Positions 39,712-50,225 of a stretch of 64,000 nucleotides of DNA are shown piece by piece. The number at the start of each line of letters is the position of its first letter. Within the stretch, counting starts at the first letter, position 1. The translations under genes were made by a program, and so were the position numbers. The DNA lies in contig JAWOHT010000028.1 in assembly GCA_046485045.1 (NCBI GenBank), forward strand, positions 3,195-67,194. The letters are read 5' to 3'. This DNA comes from Bacteroidales bacterium (GTDB lineage Bacteria; Bacteroidota; Bacteroidia; Bacteroidales; UBA10428). The notes under the pieces were generated by a model. That model did no database searches and was not told where the DNA came from. It worked only from the letters and a program-made list of their open reading frames with translations.

Positions 39712-39877
39712 AGTTCTATTTGGCCAATATCAGGATTTATACATTTAAAACTATATCCTATTGAAAATCAGATTAAGTTTTTTCCTCATTTCCTGTTTTT
39801 AAAATCAAAAATAGAAGTTACCTGAAATTTCTTGCAATAAAGTGGTAAATTTGTTCAATTATTTAATCCATATCAAA

Positions 39878-41512
39878 ATGAGCAAAACTTTATTGATAAC
39901 CGCGATAATTGCAGGAATTATATCAATATCCTGCAAAAACAAAGTAAAAAACAGTACAGAGATGACCGATGAAATGAGCAAAAAAATAGCGGCATTTGCA
40001 CCAATCACCCTTACAACAGATATCACAAAACTAAGTGATAAAGAAAAAGAAATGATTCCGATACTAATCGAAGCCGCGAAACTGATGGATGATATCTTCT
40101 GGCAGGAGGCTTATGGTGATAAGGAAGAATTGCTGTCAAAACTCACTGTTGAAAATGAAAAAAAGTTTGTAATAATCAATTACGGGCCATGGGAAAGGCT
40201 AAACGACAACAAACCGTTTATAAAAGGTTATGGGGAAAAACCCCTTGGCGCAAACTTTTACCCGTCTGATATGACCAAAGAGGAATTCGAAGCATTTGAT
40301 TCCCCCGACAAAAACAGTTTATATACCCTTATCAGGAGGGATGAAAATAACAAGCTAAAAACAATACCGTACCATGTGGCATTTAACGACAAAATTCAAC
40401 AGGCTTCTTCTCTGATAAAGTCTGCTGCAGAGTTTGCCGAAGATGCGGGACTGAAAAAATACCTTCTGCTGAGGGCCGAAGCGCTTCTCAGCGACGAATA
40501 TTATCCCAGCGACATTGCCTGGATGGAAATGAAAAACAATCACATTGATTTCGTCGTTGGACCTATTGAAACATACGAAGACCAGCTTTTTGGGTACAAG
40601 GCCGCACATGAAGCGTACATACTCGTTAAAGATATGGAATGGAGCAACCGGCTGGCCAGGTATGCCACCCTGCTTCCCGCATTACAAAAACAACTTCCTG
40701 TAGCAGATAAATACAAACAGGAGACGCCCGGCACCGACAGCGACCTAAACGCTTATGATGTGATTTACTATGCAGGCGATTGCAATGCAGGGAGCAAGAC
40801 CATTGCCATTAACCTGCCCAACGATGAAAAAGTAAACCAGGCAAAAGGCAGCCGGCGGTTACAGCTTAAAAACAGCATGCAAGCCAAATTCGACAAAATA
40901 CTCATTCCTATTGCCGAAGTTTTGATACATCCATCACAATTTAAACACATTCAGTTCGATGCATTTTTTGCCAACACCATGTTTCATGAAGTGGCACACG
41001 GCTTGGGCATGTCCAATACCATTTCCGGGAAAGGCACAGTACGTGAAGCCCTGAAAGACAATTACACCACAATCGAGGAAGGCAAAGCTGATATACTGGG
41101 ACTATTTCTGGTAACTAAGCTCAAAGAGATGAATGAAATTGAAACCGATCTGATGAACAATTATACGACCTTTCTGGCAGGTATTTTCAGGTCTATCCGT
41201 TTTGGCGCATCAAGCGCGCATGGCAGAGCTAATCTTATAAGATACAACTATTTTAAAGAGAAAGAAGCTTTCACAATTGATGAAAATGGCATGTACACTG
41301 TCAATTTTAATAATATGCAGGAGGCTGTAATCAGCTTGTCTGAAAAGGTACTGGCACTGCAGGGCGACGGTGACTATGAAAAAGCATCTGCCTTTATCGG
41401 GAAATACGGTATTGAAGATACCGACCTTAAAACTGCCCTCGAAAAAATAGCTTCGAAAGAGATACCTGTTGATATTGTTTTCAACCAGGGAACTGAGGTT
41501 CTTGGCCTCTAA
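39878..41512 (+). CDS. peptidase M49 (dipeptidyl peptidase III-like) lipoprotein
   Basis: Lipobox ISISC, INYGPW.RL, GANFYP.DM, GPIETYED, AINLPNDE, HEVAHGLG and EEGKAD. Confidence 0.9.
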   Translation: MSKTLLITAIIAGIISISCKNKVKNSTEMTDEMSKKIAAFAPITLTTDITKLSDKEKEMIPILIEAAKLMDDIFWQEAYGDKEELLSKLTVENEKKFVIINYGPWERLNDNKPFIKGYGEKPLGANFYPSDMTKEEFEAFDSPDKNSLYTLIRRDENNKLKTIPYHVAFNDKIQQASSLIKSAAEFAEDAGLKKYLLLRAEALLSDEYYPSDIAWMEMKNNHIDFVVGPIETYEDQLFGYKAAHEAYILVKDMEWSNRLARYATLLPALQKQLPVADKYKQETPGTDSDLNAYDVIYYAGDCNAGSKTIAINLPNDEKVNQAKGSRRLQLKNSMQAKFDKILIPIAEVLIHPSQFKHIQFDAFFANTMFHEVAHGLGMSNTISGKGTVREALKDNYTTIEEGKADILGLFLVTKLKEMNEIETDLMNNYTTFLAGIFRSIRFGASSAHGRANLIRYNYFKEKEAFTIDENGMYTVNFNNMQEAVISLSEKVLALQGDGDYEKASAFIGKYGIEDTDLKTALEKIASKEIPVDIVFNQGTEVLGL

Positions 41513-41545
41513 GATTGACTTTCACGCCGAAAAATTGTGCATAAA

Positions 41546-42343
41546 ATGGCAAAAGCCCTGGTTTTCATTATCATCCTGTTTCAAGGTGCCTATATATGTG
41601 CACAAGAAGAACTTGTGATATCAAATAACCAGCTTCCCGGGAACGATACGGTTTGGGTATATACACCATCTGGTTACAATGTATCACAAAAATATCCTGC
41701 AGTGTACATGTTACATGGCATTAACGGCAATTACAGTTCATGGGGCCGTTTGGTCAACCTGCAGCACTATGCCGATAAATATGGCTTTATTATTGTGTGC
41801 CCCGATGGTTTCAAAGACTCGTTTTATTTTAATAGTCCGCGTATTAAGAATTCACAATACGAGCTTTTTTTTGTCAACTCGCTTTACACGACAATACTTG
41901 ATAGATATGCCATAGACAGTTCAAAAGTTTTTATAACCGGGTTGAGTATGGGCGGGGCAGGCGCCATGTACCTTTTTTTAAGAAACCCCCAACTATTTTT
42001 AAGCGCTGCAAGCACAAGCGGTGTGCTTGACCTGAGTTGTTCAAACAGCAAAAGCAGTCTGAAAAGGTTGTTGGGCGATGATTATACCGAAGGCATAAAA
42101 TACAGTAAATTTTCGGCAATAAGTTATCTGGAAAACATTTCAAACACCGGAAAACAAATATTATTCGATTGCGGAACAGAAGACCATCTATACGAATGCA
42201 ATAATATGTTCAGAAAAAGATGTGATGTGCTAAAATTAAAAGCAACCTACATCTCCCAACCCGGCGCTCACTGCAGCAGTTACTGGGCCAAATCAATAAG
42301 ATACCACTTTGATTTTTTTAATTCACTCATCAGCCAACCATAA
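41546..42343 (+). CDS. secreted esterase, alpha/beta hydrolase (CE1-like)
   Basis: YPAVY.LHG, GLSMGG nucleophile elbow, DCGTED and PGAH...YW. Confidence 0.88.
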   Translation: MAKALVFIIILFQGAYICAQEELVISNNQLPGNDTVWVYTPSGYNVSQKYPAVYMLHGINGNYSSWGRLVNLQHYADKYGFIIVCPDGFKDSFYFNSPRIKNSQYELFFVNSLYTTILDRYAIDSSKVFITGLSMGGAGAMYLFLRNPQLFLSAASTSGVLDLSCSNSKSSLKRLLGDDYTEGIKYSKFSAISYLENISNTGKQILFDCGTEDHLYECNNMFRKRCDVLKLKATYISQPGAHCSSYWAKSIRYHFDFFNSLISQP

Positions 42344-42354
42344 AAGACCAATAG

Positions 42355-42810
42355 CTATTGGACTTTTCTGAATTGTACCACCAGCCCGAGACAACCGGTA
42401 TCTTTTGATTCACGCGATGCAGCATCTGCTGAGGATAATTCTATGACAAGGTTTGATGTTGCCTCATTGACAAAAGAAATCGAAGATTGATAATCATTCT
42501 CTGCATTATCGAAAAGCACCGTTCTTTCATTATCGTCACTCAGAATCCTGAACCTGATGGTGCCTAACTTTCTCGCACCACAAACCGACAGGTAATACTC
42601 TTCCCCGGCATACGCCACAATCTGAACCTCCGCAGTCTGCCCCTTACGGAATAAAAAGCTTTTTGACTGGCGGCTATAGAAAAAAGTATAATCTGAATAA
42701 GCACAATGGAACTTATGGAAATCTGTACAGTCCTGTGCAAAAGAGACAGCAGTAAGGGTAAAAACCAGTATTCCGAAAAAAGCAATCTTAATTGTATAAA
42801 AACTTCTCAT
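42355..42810 (-). CDS. secreted hypothetical beta-sandwich protein
   Basis: Signal peptide ending in SFAQ, Cys residues (DCTDFHKFHC, VCG, GCLG) and LFDN. Confidence 0.75.
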   Translation of the reverse strand: MRSFYTIKIAFFGILVFTLTAVSFAQDCTDFHKFHCAYSDYTFFYSRQSKSFLFRKGQTAEVQIVAYAGEEYYLSVCGARKLGTIRFRILSDDNERTVLFDNAENDYQSSISFVNEATSNLVIELSSADAASRESKDTGCLGLVVQFRKVQ

Positions 42811-42815
42811 GGTAA

Positions 42816-43706
42816 TTAGTTTGCCGAGGTTATTTTTAAGCGGATATCTGAGATAATAATTTTCAACTCGTTAAAATCGTTTTCAGAGAGCCGGGTTTTC
42901 TTTTTACCCCCGAAAACGAGTTTGCCTTCAGATGATTTTGTAACAGTGGCTTTACCTGTATCTTCCTGCGCCCTCTCATAAAACAGTATTAAGGGCTCTG
43001 CCAGTTTCATTAATTTTTGAATATTTCTTTCTGTGCTGTATTGATGGGTAAATTTCATAATGTTGTCGAACACCAGTTTCTGATCGGTAATTTTCCCGAT
43101 CACTTTGTTTTCTGCAGAATAATCCCCGCATAATGAAAGCGAAAGGTGCATGAACTCAATAAATCCCCCCATGGATATAAGCGCAAACACATCTTCTTTT
43201 TTATTACCCGATAAAAAATTAATGATCCCGTTGAATGCATCATCAGAAATTACCTCAAGTGAATCATGGTTTCTAATATTGTTCTCTATTCTGAAAATAA
43301 GGTTTTTATCAAAGGCTTCCAAAATCCTAAGCCTTTCGCTAAGAATATAAATGGTCTGCAGATAATCCATTGACTCTTTATATCGTTGAAAAAGCGAGAT
43401 ATAGGCCAGATCGGCATTGTAGATGCCCAGGTTCAATGCCTGGTAAAATGTTTCAATGTAGGTATCAATATTTGCATACGGATTTAACAAGCCTTTGTTA
43501 AATTGCAGGCCTGTGCTGTCAAGGTAAGAAAACATTTCCTCTGGCGATGGAAACCTGTAATACACATCTTTGAAATCCTGCTTTAAAGAATCAACTGCTG
43601 CTGTTTCAAAGTCATCACTGGCGCTTTTCCTTGAAGCAGGGTCGCTTTTACATCCTCCCGAAAACACAAGCACCAGAAGTATCAACAGATATTTAGTTTT
43701 GGCCAT
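42816..43706 (-). CDS. alpha-helical lipoprotein of unknown function
   Basis: Lipobox SGGC (Cys19), 'Y.FPSP.E', 'ALNLGIY.ADL.Y' and 'GG.IE..HL'. Confidence 0.8.
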   Translation of the reverse strand: MAKTKYLLILLVLVFSGGCKSDPASRKSASDDFETAAVDSLKQDFKDVYYRFPSPEEMFSYLDSTGLQFNKGLLNPYANIDTYIETFYQALNLGIYNADLAYISLFQRYKESMDYLQTIYILSERLRILEAFDKNLIFRIENNIRNHDSLEVISDDAFNGIINFLSGNKKEDVFALISMGGFIEFMHLSLSLCGDYSAENKVIGKITDQKLVFDNIMKFTHQYSTERNIQKLMKLAEPLILFYERAQEDTGKATVTKSSEGKLVFGGKKKTRLSENDFNELKIIISDIRLKITSAN

Positions 43707-43778
43707 CGTTATTGTTTTTTCAAAAGTTAATATTGATTTAACGCAGTATAAATAATTCTATGTGTAGAATATAGTTAC

Positions 43779-46700
43779 TTAAATATACACTTTTTTATTA
43801 AAAACTGAAAAATATCTTCGCTTAAAAAACAGATTTTCCGAAAATGCCACAGATTTTCTAACAATCCCAAAATGAAGAAACAGGAAAAAGACAATATTCA
43901 GAAACCATAGCGCAAGTACATTAAACCAAATGGTATCAATCATCAGGTTTCCCACGCACTTCACCGGCGAATAAAAATGCGCCCTGCCAGATTTTGGCCT
44001 TGGAACTGCAAAAACAGGCTCGGCCTTACGCACAAGTCGGTTTTTATACCTGATTATTTTCTCATTGTCCCTTTTGTTCATTACCAGTTCAGCAAGACTT
44101 TCGTTATAATACCTTTGTTTCATTTCAATAACTTTATCTTTTCCTCCCAATTCACCAGCCAGGTTTTCTATTATTTTATCCCTGCTGTCAAGCGCTTCAT
44201 CAAGTTTTCTTAAGTATACATCCCTAACCTTTTGCAGGTAGTTGCGTAATTCCATTTCCTCCTTAATGCTAAAACTGTTTTCATTAAGCAGTGCGATACT
44301 TTTAAAGACAGGGATATTTTCATAGGCCAGAAATTCAAGTTCATTGCGAAGAATTTTAAAATTTTTTCTCATCAACTGCTTATCCGCGTTTACATTATTC
44401 ACAGAAACTTCATCAAGTATAAGCTGTAACTCGGGCAACAGGTAATTCAATTTGTATGAAGATTCACTTTCTACTTTATCGGTCGGGTAGAAGTACTTCT
44501 CGTACTTGTTGTTTTTAAACTGGTGCACAGCGAGCGCTTCATAAGCCCATCTCGAAGCCATGAGATCGCCTATTACCGGCACCACCTCCTGCGAAGTCAC
44601 CTGCCTGTTCAGCCTGTCAAACCTTACCATGGCTCCTCCAAGCAAAATCTGAGGCACTAACAGCAAAGGGATCAGAATATAGATCGACACTACTGATTTG
44701 ATACTGTCTGAGATATTCAGGCCCAAAAGGTTAGAGACTGCCGAGACTGTAAACAATACCATCCAGTAAGGTAAGACCATGCCCTTTATTCCCATAATCC
44801 AGTTTCCGACAAGCACAAAAGAAAGTGTTTGAATTGCAGATAAGGCCAGCAAAAACAGCACTTTTGAATTATAATAACTATACCTGCTTAAGTTTAAAAA
44901 AGTCTCGCGTTGAATGATCTTACGGTCGCGAATTATTTCCTCTGCGCTTACCATCATACCAAGGAAAAGGGCCACAATAACCCCCATAAAAATATAGACC
45001 GGTAAATTAATATTGGCAGAAAAAATATAAGCATATTCAGAAGTTGACGAACCGGCATTATACCTTGTAAATACTCCCAGTATCAAAGCCAGTAGCGGCG
45101 CTTCAAGCAGGTTGATAAGCAGGTATTGACGATCGGCTATCTTGGCAAGCAGGTTTCGCTGCAGAAAGATTTTGAACTGCTTGTATTTTGAAGGAATATT
45201 GAGAAGGCTCCAGGGCAATCCGGATTTCTTTTTACCAAGCGGTAAGGGTTTTATCTCTAAATTTTTCTTATACAGGTTATACCATTCATCAGGCGAAAAA
45301 ATACGCTTGCCAGTGTGTTTCCCAAACTCGTTTATCTCCTGTGCCTCAATAATCTGCAATATCTGTTCAGGGTTCAGGTTTCCGCAGGTGATACACTCGC
45401 TGTCTTCGGCATTGATTAATTGCCGTGCCGATTTAAAATACAGAGGTGCATCAACAGGGTTTCCGAAAAAAACGGCCTTTCCTCCTTTATCGAGTACAAG
45501 CAACTTGTCGAACAACTTAAAAATATCAGAAGATGGCTGATGGATGTTTATCACCACGAGTTTTCCTTTAAGGGTTTGCTCCTTCAAAAGGTCCATCACT
45601 GTTTCTGAATCGGTTGATGACAGTCCCGAAGTAGGTTCATCAACAAATAACAGGTAGGGTTCGCGAATAAGCTCGAGCGAAATGTTTAACCGTTTGCGCT
45701 GGCCTCCGCTGATGAATTTTTTTAATACACTGCCAACCTTCAGGTCTTTAATTTCAAAAAGGTCAAGGTCTGTAAGCAGGGTATTTACCATCTCTTCTAA
45801 TTCATGCTCTAAGAGGCTTCCAAAACAAAGCCTGGCATTGAAATATAAATTCTGGTATACGGTAAGTTCCTCTATAAGCAAATCTTCCTGGGGGATATAA
45901 CCGATTATTCCGTGAAGTTCTTTTTTTTCGGAATGTACATTAAAACCATTAATAGTAACCTTTCCGCTGGTAGGTTTAAGGTTGCCATTCAGTAGGTTTA
46001 ACAATGTTGATTTGCCTACTCCACTACCTCCCATAATACCAATCAATTGACCAGATTCGACTGAAATAGAAAGGGGATGGATGGCTTTTTTACTGCGGCT
46101 AAAACGGTATTCGATTTCTGAAGCTTCAAGACTGAAAGCAGAATCAGGGCTCAGATTAGAATAGAACTTTAACACATCGCTATAATGAATGGCACCTATA
46201 ATTAAGCTTCTCAGCACCGATCCTTTCTCAAAATAATATGTGCGGCCGGGAATGGTATTCCTCGCTCTTAAAACCAGTTGGTCGTCGGTAACTGTATGCC
46301 TGAAAAAAAAAGTATTTGTTTCTTTAACATTTAAAAACACAATATCACCACGAAGATTTGCTACCTGCCAGTGTTGAATTGCAGAATCACTGTAACGGGC
46401 AGCATTGCTGAGTACCAATACCGACCTTTTATCAGGTATTTCGGTCAAGGGGTCAAAAATAAAAGCCCTGCAGTTATTATACACGTCAAGTGAAAAATTC
46501 AACGAGAGGGCAATAGTTCTAATGTAATCGTTTTCCTGTTCAGATAAATTGCTCTTACAATGCACAATATCAAGTATCTGAAAAAACATCAGTGTTTTCT
46601 GGTTTTGCAGCAGGTTCATATTGATTTGTTCACATATCAGCAGCGATTTGACCGAAAAAAAGCGATTATACATCTCTGATTTTTTATGTGCCCGCTCCTT

Positions 46701-46877
46701 AAAATCATTACAGTAAAATCTGTATATAGAAATAAATTGTTTATATTTCCTTTGGTTAACCAATTGCAACAGATACGATTTTATAATCTCCTCTGCATAC
46801 AATTGCTTATCATCGGGTAAAAGCAATGTGACAATTGCAAAAAGCCTTAGTATAGCCTTTAATATAGATTCACTCAT
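43779..46877 (-). CDS. ABCG/White-type fused ABC transporter (N-terminal extension - NBD - ABC2 TMD)
   Basis: Walker A GGSGVGKS, Q-loop GYIPQED, signature ISGGQRKR, Walker B LFVDEPTSGL and H-loop IHQPS. The NBD precedes the TMD. Start taken at ATG 46877. Confidence 0.9.
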   Translation of the reverse strand: MSESILKAILRLFAIVTLLLPDDKQLYAEEIIKSYLLQLVNQRKYKQFISIYRFYCNDFKERAHKKSEMYNRFFSVKSLLICEQINMNLLQNQKTLMFFQILDIVHCKSNLSEQENDYIRTIALSLNFSLDVYNNCRAFIFDPLTEIPDKRSVLVLSNAARYSDSAIQHWQVANLRGDIVFLNVKETNTFFFRHTVTDDQLVLRARNTIPGRTYYFEKGSVLRSLIIGAIHYSDVLKFYSNLSPDSAFSLEASEIEYRFSRSKKAIHPLSISVESGQLIGIMGGSGVGKSTLLNLLNGNLKPTSGKVTINGFNVHSEKKELHGIIGYIPQEDLLIEELTVYQNLYFNARLCFGSLLEHELEEMVNTLLTDLDLFEIKDLKVGSVLKKFISGGQRKRLNISLELIREPYLLFVDEPTSGLSSTDSETVMDLLKEQTLKGKLVVINIHQPSSDIFKLFDKLLVLDKGGKAVFFGNPVDAPLYFKSARQLINAEDSECITCGNLNPEQILQIIEAQEINEFGKHTGKRIFSPDEWYNLYKKNLEIKPLPLGKKKSGLPWSLLNIPSKYKQFKIFLQRNLLAKIADRQYLLINLLEAPLLALILGVFTRYNAGSSTSEYAYIFSANINLPVYIFMGVIVALFLGMMVSAEEIIRDRKIIQRETFLNLSRYSYYNSKVLFLLALSAIQTLSFVLVGNWIMGIKGMVLPYWMVLFTVSAVSNLLGLNISDSIKSVVSIYILIPLLLVPQILLGGAMVRFDRLNRQVTSQEVVPVIGDLMASRWAYEALAVHQFKNNKYEKYFYPTDKVESESSYKLNYLLPELQLILDEVSVNNVNADKQLMRKNFKILRNELEFLAYENIPVFKSIALLNENSFSIKEEMELRNYLQKVRDVYLRKLDEALDSRDKIIENLAGELGGKDKVIEMKQRYYNESLAELVMNKRDNEKIIRYKNRLVRKAEPVFAVPRPKSGRAHFYSPVKCVGNLMIDTIWFNVLALWFLNIVFFLFLHFGIVRKSVAFSENLFFKRRYFSVFNKKVYI

Positions 46878-47034
46878 ACATGGCGGGGATTTTAAATACA
46901 CCCGGTTATAAAATTAATTTTTTATGCTGAATAATAAAATTCAATTACTTTAAAATAATTGTTCAACAAGCATAAAATGATAAATTTGTAATTAAATCCA
47001 GAATAATATTTGTGAAAATATTATTAACTTACGA

Positions 47035-48228
47035 GTGACAACTAAATCGCTTTCAGTGACCACACAAAGTAAACTCCTTATTGTAGATGATGAACCTGTT
47101 GGCAGACAGCTTCTTGAAGCAATCTTTTTATCAGATAACTACCAGATTGATTTTGCCGAAAATGGCTTAAAAACTTTGCATTATTTAGAAACCAACACTC
47201 CCGATCTGGTACTGATGGATGTGATGATGCCCGAGATGGATGGTTTTGAGGTATGCAAAAGAATGCGCAGTAATGAGACGCTAAAAAGCATTCCCATTAT
47301 TCTTATCACTGCTTTGGATGACCGCGATTCAAGAAAACGCGGACTTGAAGCAGGCGCCAATGATTATATTTCAAAACCATTTGACAGGATTGAAATCGAA
47401 GCCAAGGTAAAAAATCTTTTGCAACTCGGCATTACTGAAGTTATTTCGATAAAACCTTTAGCAGATAAAGCCGGAAAAGAAGAGGATGATGAAATCTCGT
47501 ACCTTACAAACCTGATACTTGAAGCGCAAAGACCCTTGAAACAGCAACTAAAGCAATCGCTTGGTGATTATTTTCACATTACAGGGGATCCCGAATACAG
47601 CGCCAAAAATTTTTTCTGGCTTACAGAATGTAAAAGAAAAATTTTCATTCTTTATATCGAAAACCAATCAGAACAGGTGCAATACAAGCTGATGAATATA
47701 ATGATGTCATCATTCCTTAACCGAACCATTCAATCGGAACAATTTAAAGACGCCCCTGACCTGTTAAAACAGTTAAATAACTTTTTGTCCGAAAAAATCA
47801 TCCTTTCCGATGCAACTTCATTTAAAAATCTTGAAGTAAATATTTCTCTTTCGGTTATTGATAAAAATTCCGGCCAGATGCATTTTTCAGGTTTTAACCA
47901 GGATATTCTGCTATATACCGACGCTGATTTTAAACAGATTATACTGAACCGGATTGCCACATTCCCCGAAATTGGAAACCAGTTTAATTCAATATCTTAC
48001 AATTATTTGCCCGATTCCACCATATATCTCTATAACCGAAAGTTAGCAGAACTCTTTAAAAAACACCAGTATTATGAAAACAACTGCCGGTTATTGTTGT
48101 TGCTTTTGTCTGGTAAAAGACCAAACAATATGAATGAACAGGAAATCATGTTCAGGGGCTTGTTTGAGAACACTTTTAAAACTACCGGAATAACCAATGA
48201 TATTGAATTGATTGGCATTAAAATATAG
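47035..48228 (+). CDS. response regulator receiver fused to a degenerate SpoIIE/PP2C-like domain
   Basis: IVDD, PDLVLMDVMMP.MDG, ITA and DYISKPF. The C-terminal region follows the PP2C layout but lacks the acidic motifs. TAAATTTG box at 46981-46988. Confidence 0.8.
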   Translation: MTTKSLSVTTQSKLLIVDDEPVGRQLLEAIFLSDNYQIDFAENGLKTLHYLETNTPDLVLMDVMMPEMDGFEVCKRMRSNETLKSIPIILITALDDRDSRKRGLEAGANDYISKPFDRIEIEAKVKNLLQLGITEVISIKPLADKAGKEEDDEISYLTNLILEAQRPLKQQLKQSLGDYFHITGDPEYSAKNFFWLTECKRKIFILYIENQSEQVQYKLMNIMMSSFLNRTIQSEQFKDAPDLLKQLNNFLSEKIILSDATSFKNLEVNISLSVIDKNSGQMHFSGFNQDILLYTDADFKQIILNRIATFPEIGNQFNSISYNYLPDSTIYLYNRKLAELFKKHQYYENNCRLLLLLLSGKRPNNMNEQEIMFRGLFENTFKTTGITNDIELIGIKI

Positions 48229-48239
48229 AAACCCAGGCG

Positions 48240-50198
48240 GTGGCTGAATTATTAAAGATATCCCGTTTCTTAACATTTTTGCTGGTATTTGGTTTTTTAT
48301 TCGGACAACTGCTATCCGGAAAGGAACCATTAAGGTTTCTATATAACAGGACTACTCCCGTTATTCCTACAGATTCAATAAACACAACCCTTTCTGATAC
48401 TGCTTTATACGTTCATTGTTTTAAAGAATTGTTTTTCGAGCCAGACGACAGTCTCAAAGCCCGGACAGATAGTTTTTATGATACATTAAAAAACAGGGCC
48501 GGACAAAGAAGAATTACCCGTGAGATATTCGACCTGATTATAATTACACCCTCTGAAGATAAAGAATCACATGCTGTCGAAAGTGTAGTGCCGTTTATTG
48601 AGTATAATAATAAGGTTATACGTAGCATAAGTTTTAAACAATTGCCTGTTTTTGGGCCCACAGTAAATGATACCACCATTCAGGCCGACCGGTTTTATGA
48701 GAAAGCCGGGAATAAATTACATATCAATACTTCTAAAAGAATTTTAGACAGGAGCCTGCTCATAAAAACAGGCGACAGGCTTGATGCATATAAACTTGCT
48801 GACAATGAGCGAATCATAAGGTCGCTACCCTATATTCATGATATAAAATTCTATGTAAAGCAAACCCATCCGCTCTCAGACTCGGTAGATATTATCGCCT
48901 TTATTAAAGACCTTTGGTCGCTCGGGTTTAGCATGGAATTGTCGGGGGCTGAGAAAGGCAACTTCAACATATGGCACAAAAACCTTTTTGGCCTTGGAAA
49001 CGAAGAACATAATAGTATTTACTGGGACACTGATCAGAAAAATTTGCTGGGATACGAAGGAACATACAGGGTTCCAAATCTTGCAGGAACTTTTATTAAC
49101 AGCGAGTTCAGGTATGCCGGATATTTTGGCACCAGGCATTTGTATGCCGATTTTCAGAGAAAGTTCTTCACCCCCGAAATTAAATATGCCGGAGGTCTAA
49201 GACTGGAAACTAAAAAAAAAGTTGAGGATATTATTCTGATTGACACAACTCTTTTCGAAACACGATATAGTTTTTCAAGCTATGATGTTTGGGCCGGAAG
49301 AGCTTTCCCTTTAAAAAAACAAAATCTCTTATCGCGAAAAAGATCGAATATTATGTTTGCAGGCAGAATATTCAACATACATTATCACGAGCGCCCGCAA
49401 ACAGATGAAAAATACCTTTACACTTTTCACAACCGCCTGCAAATACTTACCACAGCAGCCCTTTCAATACAGGGATTTTATAAAAGTCACCTCGTTTATG
49501 GTTTCGGGAAAACCGAAGATATCCCGTATGGATACCTCTTTCAGTTAATAGGCGGATATGAGTTCAATGAGTTTTCTCACCGGCCATACCTTGGATTAAA
49601 CTTATCGCAAGGAACCTACCTTTGGCAAAATGGCGGATACCTCTATAACCGGCTCGAAACAGGTGGTTATATTGCCGGCAATGCCATAGAACAGGGATTG
49701 TTCGGAATAACAACAACCTATTTCACACCACTTGTTTCATGGAACAGGTACAAATTAAGGTATTTTTTAACGTTTAAATATAAAACCGGTATCCAACGCT
49801 TCAGAGAAGAATATTTAAGTATTGAAAACAACCATGGTCTAACAGGTCTTCACAGCCCAAACCTGAAAGGCATTCAAAAAATGACCCTGAACCTCGAGAT
49901 GGTAACATTTACCCCTTATTACCTGCTTGGTTTCAGGTTTGTTTTCTTTAGCTTTGCCAATATAGGCATGATTGGCCCCGGCGGAAAGCCAGTTTTCAAT
50001 AACGATTTATATAGCGGACTCGGTTTTGGTTTACGTATAAGAAATGAACGACTGGTTTTTAACACCCTGCAGCTTAAATTTGTTTTTTATCCGTTAAGCC
50101 CAGATAATGCTGAATGGAATTATATTCAAATTTCGGGTGAACAAAAACTTCAGATGGAAAATTTCTACATATCCGATCCAAGAATAATTGAGTACTGA
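48240..50198 (+). CDS. outer-membrane protein, POTRA plus Omp85/BamA-like barrel
   Basis: 'NKLHINT....L...LL.K.GD.LD...L.DNER..RSLP' (POTRA), 'KDLWS', 'NLFGLG' and a C-terminal 'G.G.GLRI.N'. Confidence 0.75.
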   Translation: MAELLKISRFLTFLLVFGFLFGQLLSGKEPLRFLYNRTTPVIPTDSINTTLSDTALYVHCFKELFFEPDDSLKARTDSFYDTLKNRAGQRRITREIFDLIIITPSEDKESHAVESVVPFIEYNNKVIRSISFKQLPVFGPTVNDTTIQADRFYEKAGNKLHINTSKRILDRSLLIKTGDRLDAYKLADNERIIRSLPYIHDIKFYVKQTHPLSDSVDIIAFIKDLWSLGFSMELSGAEKGNFNIWHKNLFGLGNEEHNSIYWDTDQKNLLGYEGTYRVPNLAGTFINSEFRYAGYFGTRHLYADFQRKFFTPEIKYAGGLRLETKKKVEDIILIDTTLFETRYSFSSYDVWAGRAFPLKKQNLLSRKRSNIMFAGRIFNIHYHERPQTDEKYLYTFHNRLQILTTAALSIQGFYKSHLVYGFGKTEDIPYGYLFQLIGGYEFNEFSHRPYLGLNLSQGTYLWQNGGYLYNRLETGGYIAGNAIEQGLFGITTTYFTPLVSWNRYKLRYFLTFKYKTGIQRFREEYLSIENNHGLTGLHSPNLKGIQKMTLNLEMVTFTPYYLLGFRFVFFSFANIGMIGPGGKPVFNNDLYSGLGFGLRIRNERLVFNTLQLKFVFYPLSPDNAEWNYIQISGEQKLQMENFYISDPRIIEY

Positions 50199-50225
50199 TC
50201 TGGTTCTGCCTTATTGATGCTGATA

